A program made the translations under genes and the position numbers. Below the pieces are notes generated by a model. The model did no database searches, was not told where the DNA came from, and saw only the letters and a program-made list of their open reading frames with translations. DNA of 64,000 bases. It comes from an uncultured SAR86 cluster bacterium. Lineage in GTDB: Bacteria; Pseudomonadota; Gammaproteobacteria; Magnimaribacterales; D2472. Where the stretch lies: positions 17,700 to 81,699 of the forward strand of contig CACJKN010000001.1 of the NCBI GenBank assembly GCA_902594005.1. The letters run 5' to 3'. This document shows, piece by piece, positions 40,771 to 50,164 of the stretch; the first letter of the stretch is position 1; each line of letters opens with the position of its first letter.

Positions 40771-41331
40771 TCAGTCCCAAATGGAAATATAGTCATTAGT
40801 GTTCATCTCAGGTAATGATTTCTTCTTACCTGCAGGAGTACCTATATAGATATATCCGATAATCGTTTGGTTTTCATTTAAGCCAAATTTCTCCGAAATC
40901 TTATTATTAAATGCAAAACTGCCAGTTCTCCAAATTGCTCCATATCCTAATGCGCTTAATGCAAGCATAATGTTTTGTCCTGCCGTTCCTGTTGATATTA
41001 TTTGCTCCATTTCTGGTACTTTTGGATGATCTTTTTTTGTAGACACGAGCACCACGATTAATGGAGCCCTAAAAGGAGCATTTCTATATTTTTCTATTCT
41101 CTCTTCTGTTAGATCATCAAAGTTTTCTTCAGCAAAATCAACAAATATATCTGAAAGTTTTTGGAGGCCGCCCCCGCTTATCTGAATGAAGCTTGAAGGT
41201 CTTAGCCATGCATGATCAGGGGCTCTTAAAGCAGCCTGAAAAACTTTCTCCATTTCATCTTTTGATGGAATAGGCTCGACCAAGTTACGATGTGAGTTTC
41301 TTTCTAAAATGTTTTTGAGTGCTTCATTCAT
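40771..41331 (-). CDS. Nitroreductase (YdjA-like)
   Basis: RNS, ALRAPDH, RAPL, EQ, ALGYGAIWRTG, YIGTP. Confidence 0.88.
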   Translation of the reverse strand: MNEALKNILERNSHRNLVEPIPSKDEMEKVFQAALRAPDHAWLRPSSFIQISGGGLQKLSDIFVDFAEENFDDLTEERIEKYRNAPFRAPLIVVLVSTKKDHPKVPEMEQIISTGTAGQNIMLALSALGYGAIWRTGSFAFNNKISEKFGLNENQTIIGYIYIGTPAGKKKSLPEMNTNDYISIWD

Positions 41332-41334
41332 GGA

Positions 41335-41781
41335 TTACATAAATGATTTAAGGACTGTTTTAATATTTTCAAATAGATTTGGATTTTGATTAAAGCTCTT
41401 AATATGGTCATCAGGCTTATTCCAGTCATCAGCTGATTCAGTAAAGTAGTTTGAATCTATAGTAACCCAGCTGGAATCATCTAGTGTGCCTGCCTTTATA
41501 AATATTACTCTATCAAGCTCTTTAGCAAAGCTTAGAATTCCTGACCCGCATTTTTCACAAAACCCTCTATTTATATGCATACCTTGATTGCCAACACTTT
41601 CAAAGTATTTTGGTTCGCCGCTTATTGAGAGATTTTTCTTTGAAATGACTAAAATAGTAGCTTTTCCAGACCCTGTGGCTCTCTGGCAATCTTTGCAGTG
41701 ACAATGATGTCCAGAAATAATTTTGTCTCTTTCAAACGAATACTCAATCTCTCCGCACTGACAGCGTCCGCTCTCTGTCAT
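41335..41781 (-). CDS. GFA (glutathione-dependent formaldehyde-activating) family protein
   Basis: GRCQCG, CHCKDCQR, FCEKCGS. Confidence 0.88.
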   Translation of the reverse strand: MTESGRCQCGEIEYSFERDKIISGHHCHCKDCQRATGSGKATILVISKKNLSISGEPKYFESVGNQGMHINRGFCEKCGSGILSFAKELDRVIFIKAGTLDDSSWVTIDSNYFTESADDWNKPDDHIKSFNQNPNLFENIKTVLKSFM

Positions 41782-43469
41782 TAAGAACTTGCCCAGTCTT
41801 GTAAGATCATATCAGAGGCTTTTTCACCAATCATTATGGTTGGTGCATTAGTGTTGCCTCCAATTAGAGTTGGCATAATTGATGCGTCAACAACCCTTAA
41901 ACCTTCAACCTTATGAACTTTTAGTCTTTGATTGACGACAGCCTCATCGTCATTGCCCATCTTGCATGTTCCTACGGGATGATAGACAGTGTCTGCTCCT
42001 TCACGAATAGCCTTTTCAATGTCAGCATCATCATTTATATCAATCGGTCTTTGACAGTGCTGTTTTATATACTTATTTACTGGTTCCATATTTAAGATCC
42101 CCATCATCTTTTTGTATCCTTCGATCATATCTTTCATATCATCAGGGTGAGATAAAAACTTTGGGTCTATCAAAGGATCTTCCATTGGGTCTGCAGACTT
42201 TAGTGTAACTGTTCCCCTAGACTTCGGTCTCAACAAACAACTATGACAGCTAAATCCATGTCCCCATACTTGTGTTCTGCCATGATCGACAACCATAGCA
42301 GGCGCAAAGTGAAGCTGTATGTCTGGAATTTCTTTTGCCTCATTAGATTTTATAAAACCACCTGCTTCTGCAATGGTCGAGGTGAATAACCCAGTTTTCT
42401 TTAATATGTACTTTAATACCTCAATTGGATATTTTATTAAGAATGCTTTTATGGAGGTTCCAATAAACTGCATAGAGTTATATTTGTGCACAGTAAGATA
42501 GTCAATGTGATCTTGAAGGTTTTTTCCTACCCCAGGAAGATCTACCTTGTGCTCTATACCATGTTTTTCAATTTCTTCTCTTGGTCCTACCCCAGATCTC
42601 AACAATATTTGAGGAGAACCAAAAGCGCCTGAACAAAGAAGTACTTCTTTTGAGGCTGATATGATGTGAGATTCTCCTTCTGCATCTATATATTCAACTC
42701 CAGAAGCCTTGTTATTATCAATTAGGATCTTGTTTACATTTGCTTCAGTAATCACAGTCAAATTCGGTCTATCTAAAGCAGGCACTAAATATGCTTTCGC
42801 GGCACTGCATCTTTTGCCGTCTTTTTGTGTGGTTTGGTAGAAGCCTATGCCCTCTTGCTCACCGCCATTAAAGTCTTCATTTTGTTTGTAAAGTTTTGAC
42901 CCAGCTTCAACAAAGTCTTTTGTTGGTTTGTTTTCATGTCTTATCTTTGAAACATTAAGTGGGCCTCCTTGTCCATGAAACTCATCATCAAACGTTTCAT
43001 TATGTTCTGCCTTCTTAAAATATTTTAGGATCTCATCATATGACCATCCCTCATTTCCAAGACTAGCCCAGTGATCATAGTCCCATCTGTGACCTCGAAC
43101 ATATAGCATTGCATTTATTGAACTTGAGCCGCCAAGTGTTTTTCCTCTTGGTTGTGCGCCACGCCTATGTTCTTTAACTTCTTGCTTGATTGAGTGAACA
43201 CCTCCAGCTGTATCAACAACCTCAGCTGCTGGTTCAGCTACTGTCACCTCCTCAAATTCTTTTTGAGGAACTGTCTCATAATTCCAACTAACAGGATTAT
43301 CTGGACCAAAGAATGCAAAACCTATTGGTATATGGATTCTTGGATCTGTATCTTTTTTTCCAGCTTCCATAATACAAACTTTAGTATTTGGATCAGCACT
43401 AAGTCTGTTAGCTAAAACGCACCCTGCAGAACCTGCTCCTATAATTACAAAATCATATATTTTATCCAT
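41781..43469 (-). CDS. GMC family oxidoreductase (choline/long-chain alcohol dehydrogenase-like)
   Basis: GAGSAG, RGKTLGGSSSINAM, GAFGSPQILLRSG, VGKNLQDH, YHPVGTCKMG, GNTNAP. Confidence 0.93.
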   Translation of the reverse strand: MDKIYDFVIIGAGSAGCVLANRLSADPNTKVCIMEAGKKDTDPRIHIPIGFAFFGPDNPVSWNYETVPQKEFEEVTVAEPAAEVVDTAGGVHSIKQEVKEHRRGAQPRGKTLGGSSSINAMLYVRGHRWDYDHWASLGNEGWSYDEILKYFKKAEHNETFDDEFHGQGGPLNVSKIRHENKPTKDFVEAGSKLYKQNEDFNGGEQEGIGFYQTTQKDGKRCSAAKAYLVPALDRPNLTVITEANVNKILIDNNKASGVEYIDAEGESHIISASKEVLLCSGAFGSPQILLRSGVGPREEIEKHGIEHKVDLPGVGKNLQDHIDYLTVHKYNSMQFIGTSIKAFLIKYPIEVLKYILKKTGLFTSTIAEAGGFIKSNEAKEIPDIQLHFAPAMVVDHGRTQVWGHGFSCHSCLLRPKSRGTVTLKSADPMEDPLIDPKFLSHPDDMKDMIEGYKKMMGILNMEPVNKYIKQHCQRPIDINDDADIEKAIREGADTVYHPVGTCKMGNDDEAVVNQRLKVHKVEGLRVVDASIMPTLIGGNTNAPTIMIGEKASDMILQDWASS

Positions 43470-43493
43470 ATGAACATATTAACATCTATCAGA

Positions 43494-43522
43494 TTGCATG
43501 TTGATAGCTTGACCATTAGAAT
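43494..43522 (+). promoter_or_regulatory. Putative sigma70 promoter of the zinc metalloprotease gene
   Basis: TTGCAT-N17-TAGAAT, followed by a GAGG SD before ATG 43548. Confidence 0.45.
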
Positions 43523-43547
43523 AACCACCTAGTTTACGAGGTAGAAA

Positions 43548-45980
43548 ATGAAAAATATCAGTTATTTATTAGGTTTATTATTAGCATTTTCCTGTGTTTC
43601 TTTTGCAGACGAAGAAGTCAAAGAAGCTCCTAAAGAATCAGAAGAAGCTATAGAAGATGTTGCTGAAGAGCCAGCGGATGAGGAAGCTGAAGAAGATAAA
43701 GAGCCAACTATCAGTGAATTCATTGAAGAGGGAGAATTTGAAGTCATTGAGGGTATGATCGATATTTATTATGAAACAGAAGAAGACACCTACTACACAA
43801 TTCTTGAAGAAGAAAATCTCTCAAAGGAATTTATTTATTTTTACTACATTATAAGTGGTGCTCAAGCAGGAGGAGCAAGTGGTGGAGATATGGGAGATAG
43901 TTCTGTATTAGAGTTTAGAAAATTTAAGGATGACATAGCCCTTTATAAGAAAAATACTGTCTTTAACTATGATGACTCTAACAATATCTCAAAATCTACT
44001 TTAACAAACATACTGGAATCATTTGTTGGTAGGTTTGAAGTAAAGATAGAAGAGGAAGGAAGATACCTAATAAATATAGATAAGTTATTTCTAGGTGAAA
44101 TGCTTGTTGGGCTTACCCCACCGAAAGAATATGCGGAGTATTACAGTCTTATTCTTGGAAGAATTGATGATAAAAAGACTTATATTAGCAGAGTGAAAAA
44201 CTATCCAAAAAATACCTCAGTAGAGGTGACTTATGGATTCTTTAATCCTAGCCCAAAGGGTTCAGTTGATGCAGTGCCCGATGCAAGATATTCAAGTATC
44301 GTAGCTAGGCACATGTTTGTCGAAATGCCAGATAACAATTATGAGCCAAGAGTTGCTGATCAACGAGTAGGATATTTCTCAACAAAAATTACTGATTTAA
44401 GCACTTATGACTATTTTAAGGGCAAGGATCTAATTAATAGATGGCGTTTAATAAAAAAGGATCCAACAGCAGAGATTTCTGAGCCAATAAATCCTATCGT
44501 TTTCTGGGTAGAAAACTCAACACCTGAAGAAATTAAACCATTTGTTGTTGAAGCAATTGAGCTTTGGAATATTGCCTTTGAGAAAGCAGGATTTAAAAAT
44601 GCAGTTGTTGCAAAAATCCAACCAGATGATGCTGAATGGGATGCTGGTGATGTTCAATACAATGTTATTCGTTGGGCTTCAACTCCCTCCCCTAGATATT
44701 CTGGATATGGTCCAAGTGTTGCTAACCCAAGAACTGGAGAAATGATAGCTGCTGATATAGTCCAAGAATTTAATTCCATTAGTTACGGATACAGACTTAG
44801 GAAGATCTGGGGTTATGATGAAGAAAATGATCCTTTAAGACAGTGGATTGTATCCTTAACGCTTCATGAAATTGGTCATACTCTAGGTCTCCGACATAAC
44901 TTTAAAGCAAGTTGGCTATATGGGCCTACTGAAATTCATGACAAAAGTGTAACTGGTAAGAATCATATTGGTTCTGTTATGGATTATGATCCAATCAATT
45001 TAGCTCCTGAGGGTGTCGAGCAAGGAAATTACTTCCCAACGGAGCCTGGTTTTTATGACATTTGGGCTATTGCTTTTGGCTATACCCCAAAGATGACGGA
45101 ACAGCAAAGAAATGATTTGTTGGCTCAATCTACAAAACCTGAACTTATATTTGGTACCGATGACGATGCTATGGGTTCCCCTGGAAGAAATACTGATCCA
45201 AGAAATAAAAGGTATGACATGTCAAATGATCCAATAACTTATACAGTTCAAAGGATTCAAACAATTGACAAGAAGATTGCTGAATTGCCAGAAATCTTTA
45301 ATGAGCCTGGGTCAACTTACTCTGAACTCAAAGGTACATTTGATAGTCTAGTTAGAGATAAGGGTAGATTTCTTGAGTCTGTTGCAATTCAAATTGGAGG
45401 AGTTTACTCCAACAGGCTTGTTGTAGGACAAGATGAAAACATGACACCTTTTGAGGTGGTCCCATATAGCGAACAAAAAAGGGCAATGAAAGTCTTAAAT
45501 GCTGAACTTTTTGCAAACGATGCTTTTACGTTTGATCCAGAGATATTAAGACTTCTTCAATCAGAAAAAAGAGCTGCAAGTTATGGAAACTCTGATAATG
45601 ATCCTAAGATTCATGATCTTGTTCTACGAATGCAGATGAGTTCACTTAGCTTTATTCTTCATCCAAGAGTAATGAAGAGACTTACAGATAGCTCTCAGTA
45701 TGGTAATGAATATTTACCAAATGAAGTCTTAGAAGATATTTTTACTGGCATCTTTGTGCCGAGAGAGATACCTGGTACATTTAAGATGAATCTTCAATCA
45801 GCTTATGTTGATGGCTTAATCGAAGCTATGGATGATGGAAGCTATGATGAAGTATCAAGAGCAGCTATCTTTAGCTCACTAAACAAAATAAAGAACTTTA
45901 CGAATTCAGCATATGGCAACGATATGGTGAAGGGGCACTTTGATTATTTAAATTGGAAAATAAACGACGCCCTCGATTGA
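43548..45980 (+). CDS. Exported zinc-dependent metalloprotease (DUF5117/DUF4953 'Met-zincin' type)
   Basis: Signal peptide, acidic N-terminal linker, ADQRVGYF, NPRTGEMI, HEIGHTLGLRHNF, SVMDY Met-turn. Confidence 0.9.
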   Translation: MKNISYLLGLLLAFSCVSFADEEVKEAPKESEEAIEDVAEEPADEEAEEDKEPTISEFIEEGEFEVIEGMIDIYYETEEDTYYTILEEENLSKEFIYFYYIISGAQAGGASGGDMGDSSVLEFRKFKDDIALYKKNTVFNYDDSNNISKSTLTNILESFVGRFEVKIEEEGRYLINIDKLFLGEMLVGLTPPKEYAEYYSLILGRIDDKKTYISRVKNYPKNTSVEVTYGFFNPSPKGSVDAVPDARYSSIVARHMFVEMPDNNYEPRVADQRVGYFSTKITDLSTYDYFKGKDLINRWRLIKKDPTAEISEPINPIVFWVENSTPEEIKPFVVEAIELWNIAFEKAGFKNAVVAKIQPDDAEWDAGDVQYNVIRWASTPSPRYSGYGPSVANPRTGEMIAADIVQEFNSISYGYRLRKIWGYDEENDPLRQWIVSLTLHEIGHTLGLRHNFKASWLYGPTEIHDKSVTGKNHIGSVMDYDPINLAPEGVEQGNYFPTEPGFYDIWAIAFGYTPKMTEQQRNDLLAQSTKPELIFGTDDDAMGSPGRNTDPRNKRYDMSNDPITYTVQRIQTIDKKIAELPEIFNEPGSTYSELKGTFDSLVRDKGRFLESVAIQIGGVYSNRLVVGQDENMTPFEVVPYSEQKRAMKVLNAELFANDAFTFDPEILRLLQSEKRAASYGNSDNDPKIHDLVLRMQMSSLSFILHPRVMKRLTDSSQYGNEYLPNEVLEDIFTGIFVPREIPGTFKMNLQSAYVDGLIEAMDDGSYDEVSRAAIFSSLNKIKNFTNSAYGNDMVKGHFDYLNWKINDALD

Positions 45981-46829
45981 TTAAAATGAGCCGCCTCTTA
46001 ATTTAGTATTTGGCGGCCCAAATATCAGCGATAAAGCTTCTTTCGCCGTTTTTGCTTTTCTAATATCTTTAAAGATTGCGCTCCACCCCATAAAGGTAAT
46101 CTTTACAGGATTAAATGTATTAACATTATTAACTAATCCATATTTGACCGGTGCTTTCTCAGGCTCAAATGTTCCGAACATCTTGTCCCAAATAATAAAA
46201 AGATTCCCATAATTTTTATCAATATACTCTTTATTAGCTCCATGATGGACTCTGTGATGAGAGGGTGTATTAAAAATAATTTCTAGTGGTCCAAGCTTGT
46301 CAACTATTTGGGTGTGTCCAACTACGCCCCAAAGTGTGCTTATAACTCCTGCAATAACAAGAATGGTTGGATCCATTCCTAGTAAAGGGAGTACTGCAAA
46401 AAAGGGAAGCTTTGACAGTGGCGCAAACCATGCCTGTCGGAGAGATACTGCAAAGTTCATTTCCTCACTGGAGTGGTGACTCATATGGATAGCCCACAGA
46501 AATCTTACTCTGTGTGAAAGCCTGTGATAAATATAAAAAACTAAATCTATCAACACAAAAGCTAACACCCACATAAGCCATAGAGGTATGAGATTAGCTA
46601 AATCTATAAATCTAAACTGGTAAAGGAAAATGTGAACTGCAAAAGATAGACCTTTTGCGGCTGATCCTATCAATATATTTCCAATAAGTAAGCCGGCAGT
46701 ACATAAAGTATCATCAAGCCTATAAAAGGACTTATTTGTAAGGGATGAAAACATTGCTTCCAAAGCAATCATTCCATAGATAATAGGAAGACCAATTGCG
46801 TAAACTTCTGCAACCGTTAGATTTGTCAT
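45981..46829 (-). CDS. Sterol desaturase / fatty-acid hydroxylase family (alkylglycerol monooxygenase-like)
   Basis: His boxes YIYHRLSH, WAIHMSHHSSE, NTPSHHRVHH; DKNYG...WDKMFGTF. Confidence 0.88.
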   Translation of the reverse strand: MTNLTVAEVYAIGLPIIYGMIALEAMFSSLTNKSFYRLDDTLCTAGLLIGNILIGSAAKGLSFAVHIFLYQFRFIDLANLIPLWLMWVLAFVLIDLVFYIYHRLSHRVRFLWAIHMSHHSSEEMNFAVSLRQAWFAPLSKLPFFAVLPLLGMDPTILVIAGVISTLWGVVGHTQIVDKLGPLEIIFNTPSHHRVHHGANKEYIDKNYGNLFIIWDKMFGTFEPEKAPVKYGLVNNVNTFNPVKITFMGWSAIFKDIRKAKTAKEALSLIFGPPNTKLRGGSF

Positions 46830-47395
46830 TTGGATTTTAACGCTTCGATATGCTCAACTAAAGATTGCAGCTCTGGTTTATTAGCTTTTATCTCATCCAT
46901 TGAAAGTCCTTGAAGCTCGTGCGGAAATACAAGCCACTGATCAGTCTCATGAATATGATAATCTGGAACTCTGTCAGTTTTATTTTTTCCTGGCTTGAAG
47001 TATGGTGTAGCAATTCTTATTTCGGGTGTGTTCTTTTTACAAGCTGACTTAAGGTCAGTTATTACTTTGTTAATAGACATGCCTGTGTCATAGACATCAT
47101 CAACAATTAAAAGCGAATCTTCTGATTCTAACTTTCTTATAACATAATTAAGCCCATATACTTGGACCTCATCCCTTCTTGAATCAATTCCCGAATAGTA
47201 TGAAGTTCTAATTGCAATATGATCGGAGGGGACACCAAGGAAATCTAGAAACTCTTGAACTGCTATGCCTATTGGAGCCCCGCCTCTCCAAACACCAATA
47301 ATATAGTTTGGTTTAAAACCGCTTTCGAAGATTTTCCAGGCTAGGTTATACGAGTCCTTTAATAATTGGTCTGCTTGGATAAAATGCTTTTCCAT
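46826..47395 (-). CDS. Type I phosphoribosyltransferase, xanthine/hypoxanthine-guanine PRT-like
   Basis: GVWRGG, PRPP-binding LIVDDVYDTG, WLVFPHE. Confidence 0.82.
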   Translation of the reverse strand: MEKHFIQADQLLKDSYNLAWKIFESGFKPNYIIGVWRGGAPIGIAVQEFLDFLGVPSDHIAIRTSYYSGIDSRRDEVQVYGLNYVIRKLESEDSLLIVDDVYDTGMSINKVITDLKSACKKNTPEIRIATPYFKPGKNKTDRVPDYHIHETDQWLVFPHELQGLSMDEIKANKPELQSLVEHIEALKSK

Positions 47396-47454
47396 AAAGC
47401 GTATATTACTCCAAACAGACCCAATATATAAACTAGCAGCGCTTAAATGCTTTA

Positions 47455-49794
47455 CTAGAAGCTATATCTTAACCTCGTCATAACTTGTCTTGGCGGAATA
47501 AGCTCGAGCCCCGTTGCAGCAACACCAAATACGTCTGTCATACTTGAATTCACGCCGCTTTCATCAGTTACATTAAGAACCATGAAGTCTACAGCTAGGC
47601 TGTCGCTAAAACCAATACTCGTTGTTAGATTGCCGATTGTATAAGCTTTTATGTCATCAACAATTGGGTTATTAGAGACGCGTTGCTGGAACTCTCCTCT
47701 TCTAACATATTGAGCTGTTGTGGTTAATGAATTTCCAGAAGGTAAATTAGTTTCATGTTTAATTAAAATGTCTGCGGTGAATTCAGGCGTTTTAGCTAAC
47801 TGATTTCCTCTGACATTCTCTCTTAGTCCATATCTTAAATCTTCTTGGCCAAAGAAATATTGATATGCATCTACGTTATCAAGAACCTCATAGTCAGAAG
47901 TCACTTCCGACTCCAAGAATGCTAAGTTCATATCTATACTTAGGGAGTCTGTTACAAATCCAGTAAATTCTATCTCTAAACCAGACATTTCAGATTCCGG
48001 TATATTCGCTACGCCTCCTCTATATGGATCTGGATCAGTAGCTTGAAACTGTAGATTTTCATAAGTATAAGAAAACGCCGCTAAATTCGCTCTAGCTTTT
48101 CCATCTGCAAAAGTAGATTTGAGTCCAAGCTCAACTGACTCTACTGTTTCACTTTCAAAAGTTGGAAATACTAGCGCAGGAGCAATGGGTCTGCCTGCAA
48201 TTGCATCTTCTTCTTCAGTGAATCCGAATGTTAAGTTACTTCCACCAGGTTTGAAGCCTCTTGCTAGGGCAACATAAAGCATTGTGTCCTCAGACAGATC
48301 AAACTCTCCTACAACTCTTGATGTAACCTCATCAGTCGTTCCTTCCTCTTGAAAGCTTTCAACGTTTAAAAAGTTTGTTACATCGGTTGTAAAGGTGTCT
48401 TCTGAATATCGAAGTCCTGAAACGATTCTGAATGTATCACTAACATAAAGTGTGGTTTGTCCATAAATAGAAAATGATTCTCTTCCTGGGTTAGCATCTG
48501 TGAAGAAGTCAACTTCTGCAGCTGGTCCAAAAATATCAAATCTTCCTGGAATGCCATAGTCATGGTCATAACAATAGCTTGGGTCAGCAAAAGATTCATC
48601 ACATAAATATTTTATTCTTCCATCCAAGTCATCATCTCTATAGCCTCTAATGACGTTCTCAATTTCATGGTCCATATAAAACATTCCTACGGTCCAATCC
48701 AATCTATCTTCAATAGGCTGATTAGAGATTAAATTTATTTCTAAGGTTGTTGTATCAACAAGTGAAGTTTCTGGTGTAAATTCAGCTCTTTGGTAGGTTG
48801 CGCCTGCTCCAAGGCCAGGTATAGATAAAACTGGATCTAAATAGTTATGTCTATCATTATCTCTAACAACCAACACATCATCTTCTTGCACACTGGCAAT
48901 TGCTTTTAAATTAGCAAAACCTAAATCAGATTCATATATAGCTGCTAGAACCCATGATGATAGTTCATGCTGGGAAATCGTATCTTGAGAAAGTTTTCTC
49001 ATTCCTGAAGTCTGATCATCGATACCTCTTATAGCAGCACCATTTCTATCAACTTTAAAGTATTGTCCAAACACTCTGAGGCTTGATGTGTCATTTAAAT
49101 TGAACATCCAGTCAGTTCTGAAACTTTTACTATTATCATCATCAAGATCTTGGCCTGTATAAATATTCTTTGTGAACCCGTCACGAGTTGATGAAGATAG
49201 AGAGAATCTAGTTGCGATCTTGTCATTCACAACAAAATTGTTTGAAGCACTAACTTTACGGAGATTATAGTCACCAAAAGTTACATTCATTCTTCCTGAG
49301 CCGCCATCCATAGAAGGTGCTTTACTTATAACATTTACAGCACCACCAGTTGAGTTTTGACCAAACAATGTCCCCTGAGGCCCTCTTAAAACCTCAATTC
49401 TTTCGACATCTAAAAAGTCTGTGCCAAGTGCAAAAGGTGAAGCTATAAAAACTCCATCCATATGAAATGCTACAGAAGGTGCAGCAATTGCATTCTGATT
49501 GGTTTCGTTACCGACTCCTCTAATTGAGATGATAGTCTTGTAGCCTTCATTTTTTGCTACAGTCACGCCTGGAACAATTGCACTCAAGTCTACAAAACTT
49601 GTAATGTTCTTTTCTTCAATGTCAGATTCTGTCAATGCAGTAACGGCTTGAGAAATATCTTGGAGGTTTTCAGAACGCTTTTCAGCTGTAACTACAACTT
49701 CCTCAATTTCCTGAGCTACTAAAGATAGGCCAAAAGAGCCAACAAATGAAGCTAGAACAATTTTTTTAAATAAAATATTTACATAATTTTTCAT
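47455..49794 (-). CDS. TonB-dependent outer-membrane receptor
   Basis: Signal peptide, TonB box IEEVVVTAEKR, plug ERIEVLRGPQGTLFGQN, C-terminal RYSF. Start ATG 49794 after a GGGGA SD. Confidence 0.95.
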   Translation of the reverse strand: MKNYVNILFKKIVLASFVGSFGLSLVAQEIEEVVVTAEKRSENLQDISQAVTALTESDIEEKNITSFVDLSAIVPGVTVAKNEGYKTIISIRGVGNETNQNAIAAPSVAFHMDGVFIASPFALGTDFLDVERIEVLRGPQGTLFGQNSTGGAVNVISKAPSMDGGSGRMNVTFGDYNLRKVSASNNFVVNDKIATRFSLSSSTRDGFTKNIYTGQDLDDDNSKSFRTDWMFNLNDTSSLRVFGQYFKVDRNGAAIRGIDDQTSGMRKLSQDTISQHELSSWVLAAIYESDLGFANLKAIASVQEDDVLVVRDNDRHNYLDPVLSIPGLGAGATYQRAEFTPETSLVDTTTLEINLISNQPIEDRLDWTVGMFYMDHEIENVIRGYRDDDLDGRIKYLCDESFADPSYCYDHDYGIPGRFDIFGPAAEVDFFTDANPGRESFSIYGQTTLYVSDTFRIVSGLRYSEDTFTTDVTNFLNVESFQEEGTTDEVTSRVVGEFDLSEDTMLYVALARGFKPGGSNLTFGFTEEEDAIAGRPIAPALVFPTFESETVESVELGLKSTFADGKARANLAAFSYTYENLQFQATDPDPYRGGVANIPESEMSGLEIEFTGFVTDSLSIDMNLAFLESEVTSDYEVLDNVDAYQYFFGQEDLRYGLRENVRGNQLAKTPEFTADILIKHETNLPSGNSLTTTAQYVRRGEFQQRVSNNPIVDDIKAYTIGNLTTSIGFSDSLAVDFMVLNVTDESGVNSSMTDVFGVAATGLELIPPRQVMTRLRYSF

Positions 49795-49873
49795 AAAATT
49801 TCCCCGTAAAGTTTTTTTATTTTGCAATTTGTCTGCAGGACAATTGAAGCTAAACTCGACCAGTTTAACGGTG

Positions 49874-49922
49874 GCGTTCCTTCGGTTTTCACCTACTTCC
49901 GTCTCCTAAGAGATGAACGATT
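49874..49922 (-). ncRNA. glnA-motif (glutamine-I) riboswitch aptamer, copy 2 (gene-proximal)
   Basis: Minus strand AAU-CGUUC-A-UCUC(UUAG)GAGA-CGGAAGUA-GGU(GAAA)ACC-GAAG-GAACG-C: P1/P2/P3 three-way junction with an AGUA/GAA E-loop, as in the glnA consensus. Confidence 0.88.
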
Positions 49923-49925
49923 AGC

Positions 49926-49974
49926 GCGTTCCTTCAGCTTTCGCTTACTTCCGACTCCGAAGAGTTGAACGATT
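49926..49974 (-). ncRNA. glnA-motif (glutamine-I) riboswitch aptamer, copy 1 (gene-distal)
   Basis: Minus strand AAU-CGUUC-A-ACUC(UUCG)GAGU-CGGAAGUA-AGC(GAAA)GCU-GAAG-GAACG-C. Stem differences from copy 2 are compensatory. Confidence 0.88.
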
Positions 49975-50164
49975 TTAACTCACTTACACTCAATCACTTG
50001 AGCTCCTTTTTAACCATGGAGATGGTGCAAATTAAATCACAATGTAAAATAATACTTTTTAAAAATTAAGTTAACAAGATAGAAATCAATATTTGAAGGC
50101 ATTTTTTGTTTTTTTTTGCATTAAAAACTAAATTAATGTCTTTAAAGCTGTAAAATTTATCAAA

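Noticed and set aside
47395-47460. Possible terminator hairpin between the receptor and the PRT gene
   Set aside because: The stem is weak and interrupted and the U-tract is short; not supportable as a feature.
49874-49974. Direct repeats read as a CRISPR array or REP elements
   Set aside because: Only two units, a 3-nt spacer and no cas genes; the compensatory stem changes fit a structured riboswitch aptamer.
49979-50010. AAGGAG followed by GTG ATT GAG TGT AAG TGA (5-codon uORF) on the minus strand before aptamer 1
   Set aside because: Too short to distinguish from chance without conservation data; the TSS is unknown.
50010-50032. TGCACC...TGGT resembling an NtrC box upstream of the riboswitch
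   Set aside because: Half-site spacing is off, the second half-site is degenerate, and I saw no correctly spaced sigma54 GG-N10-GC promoter.
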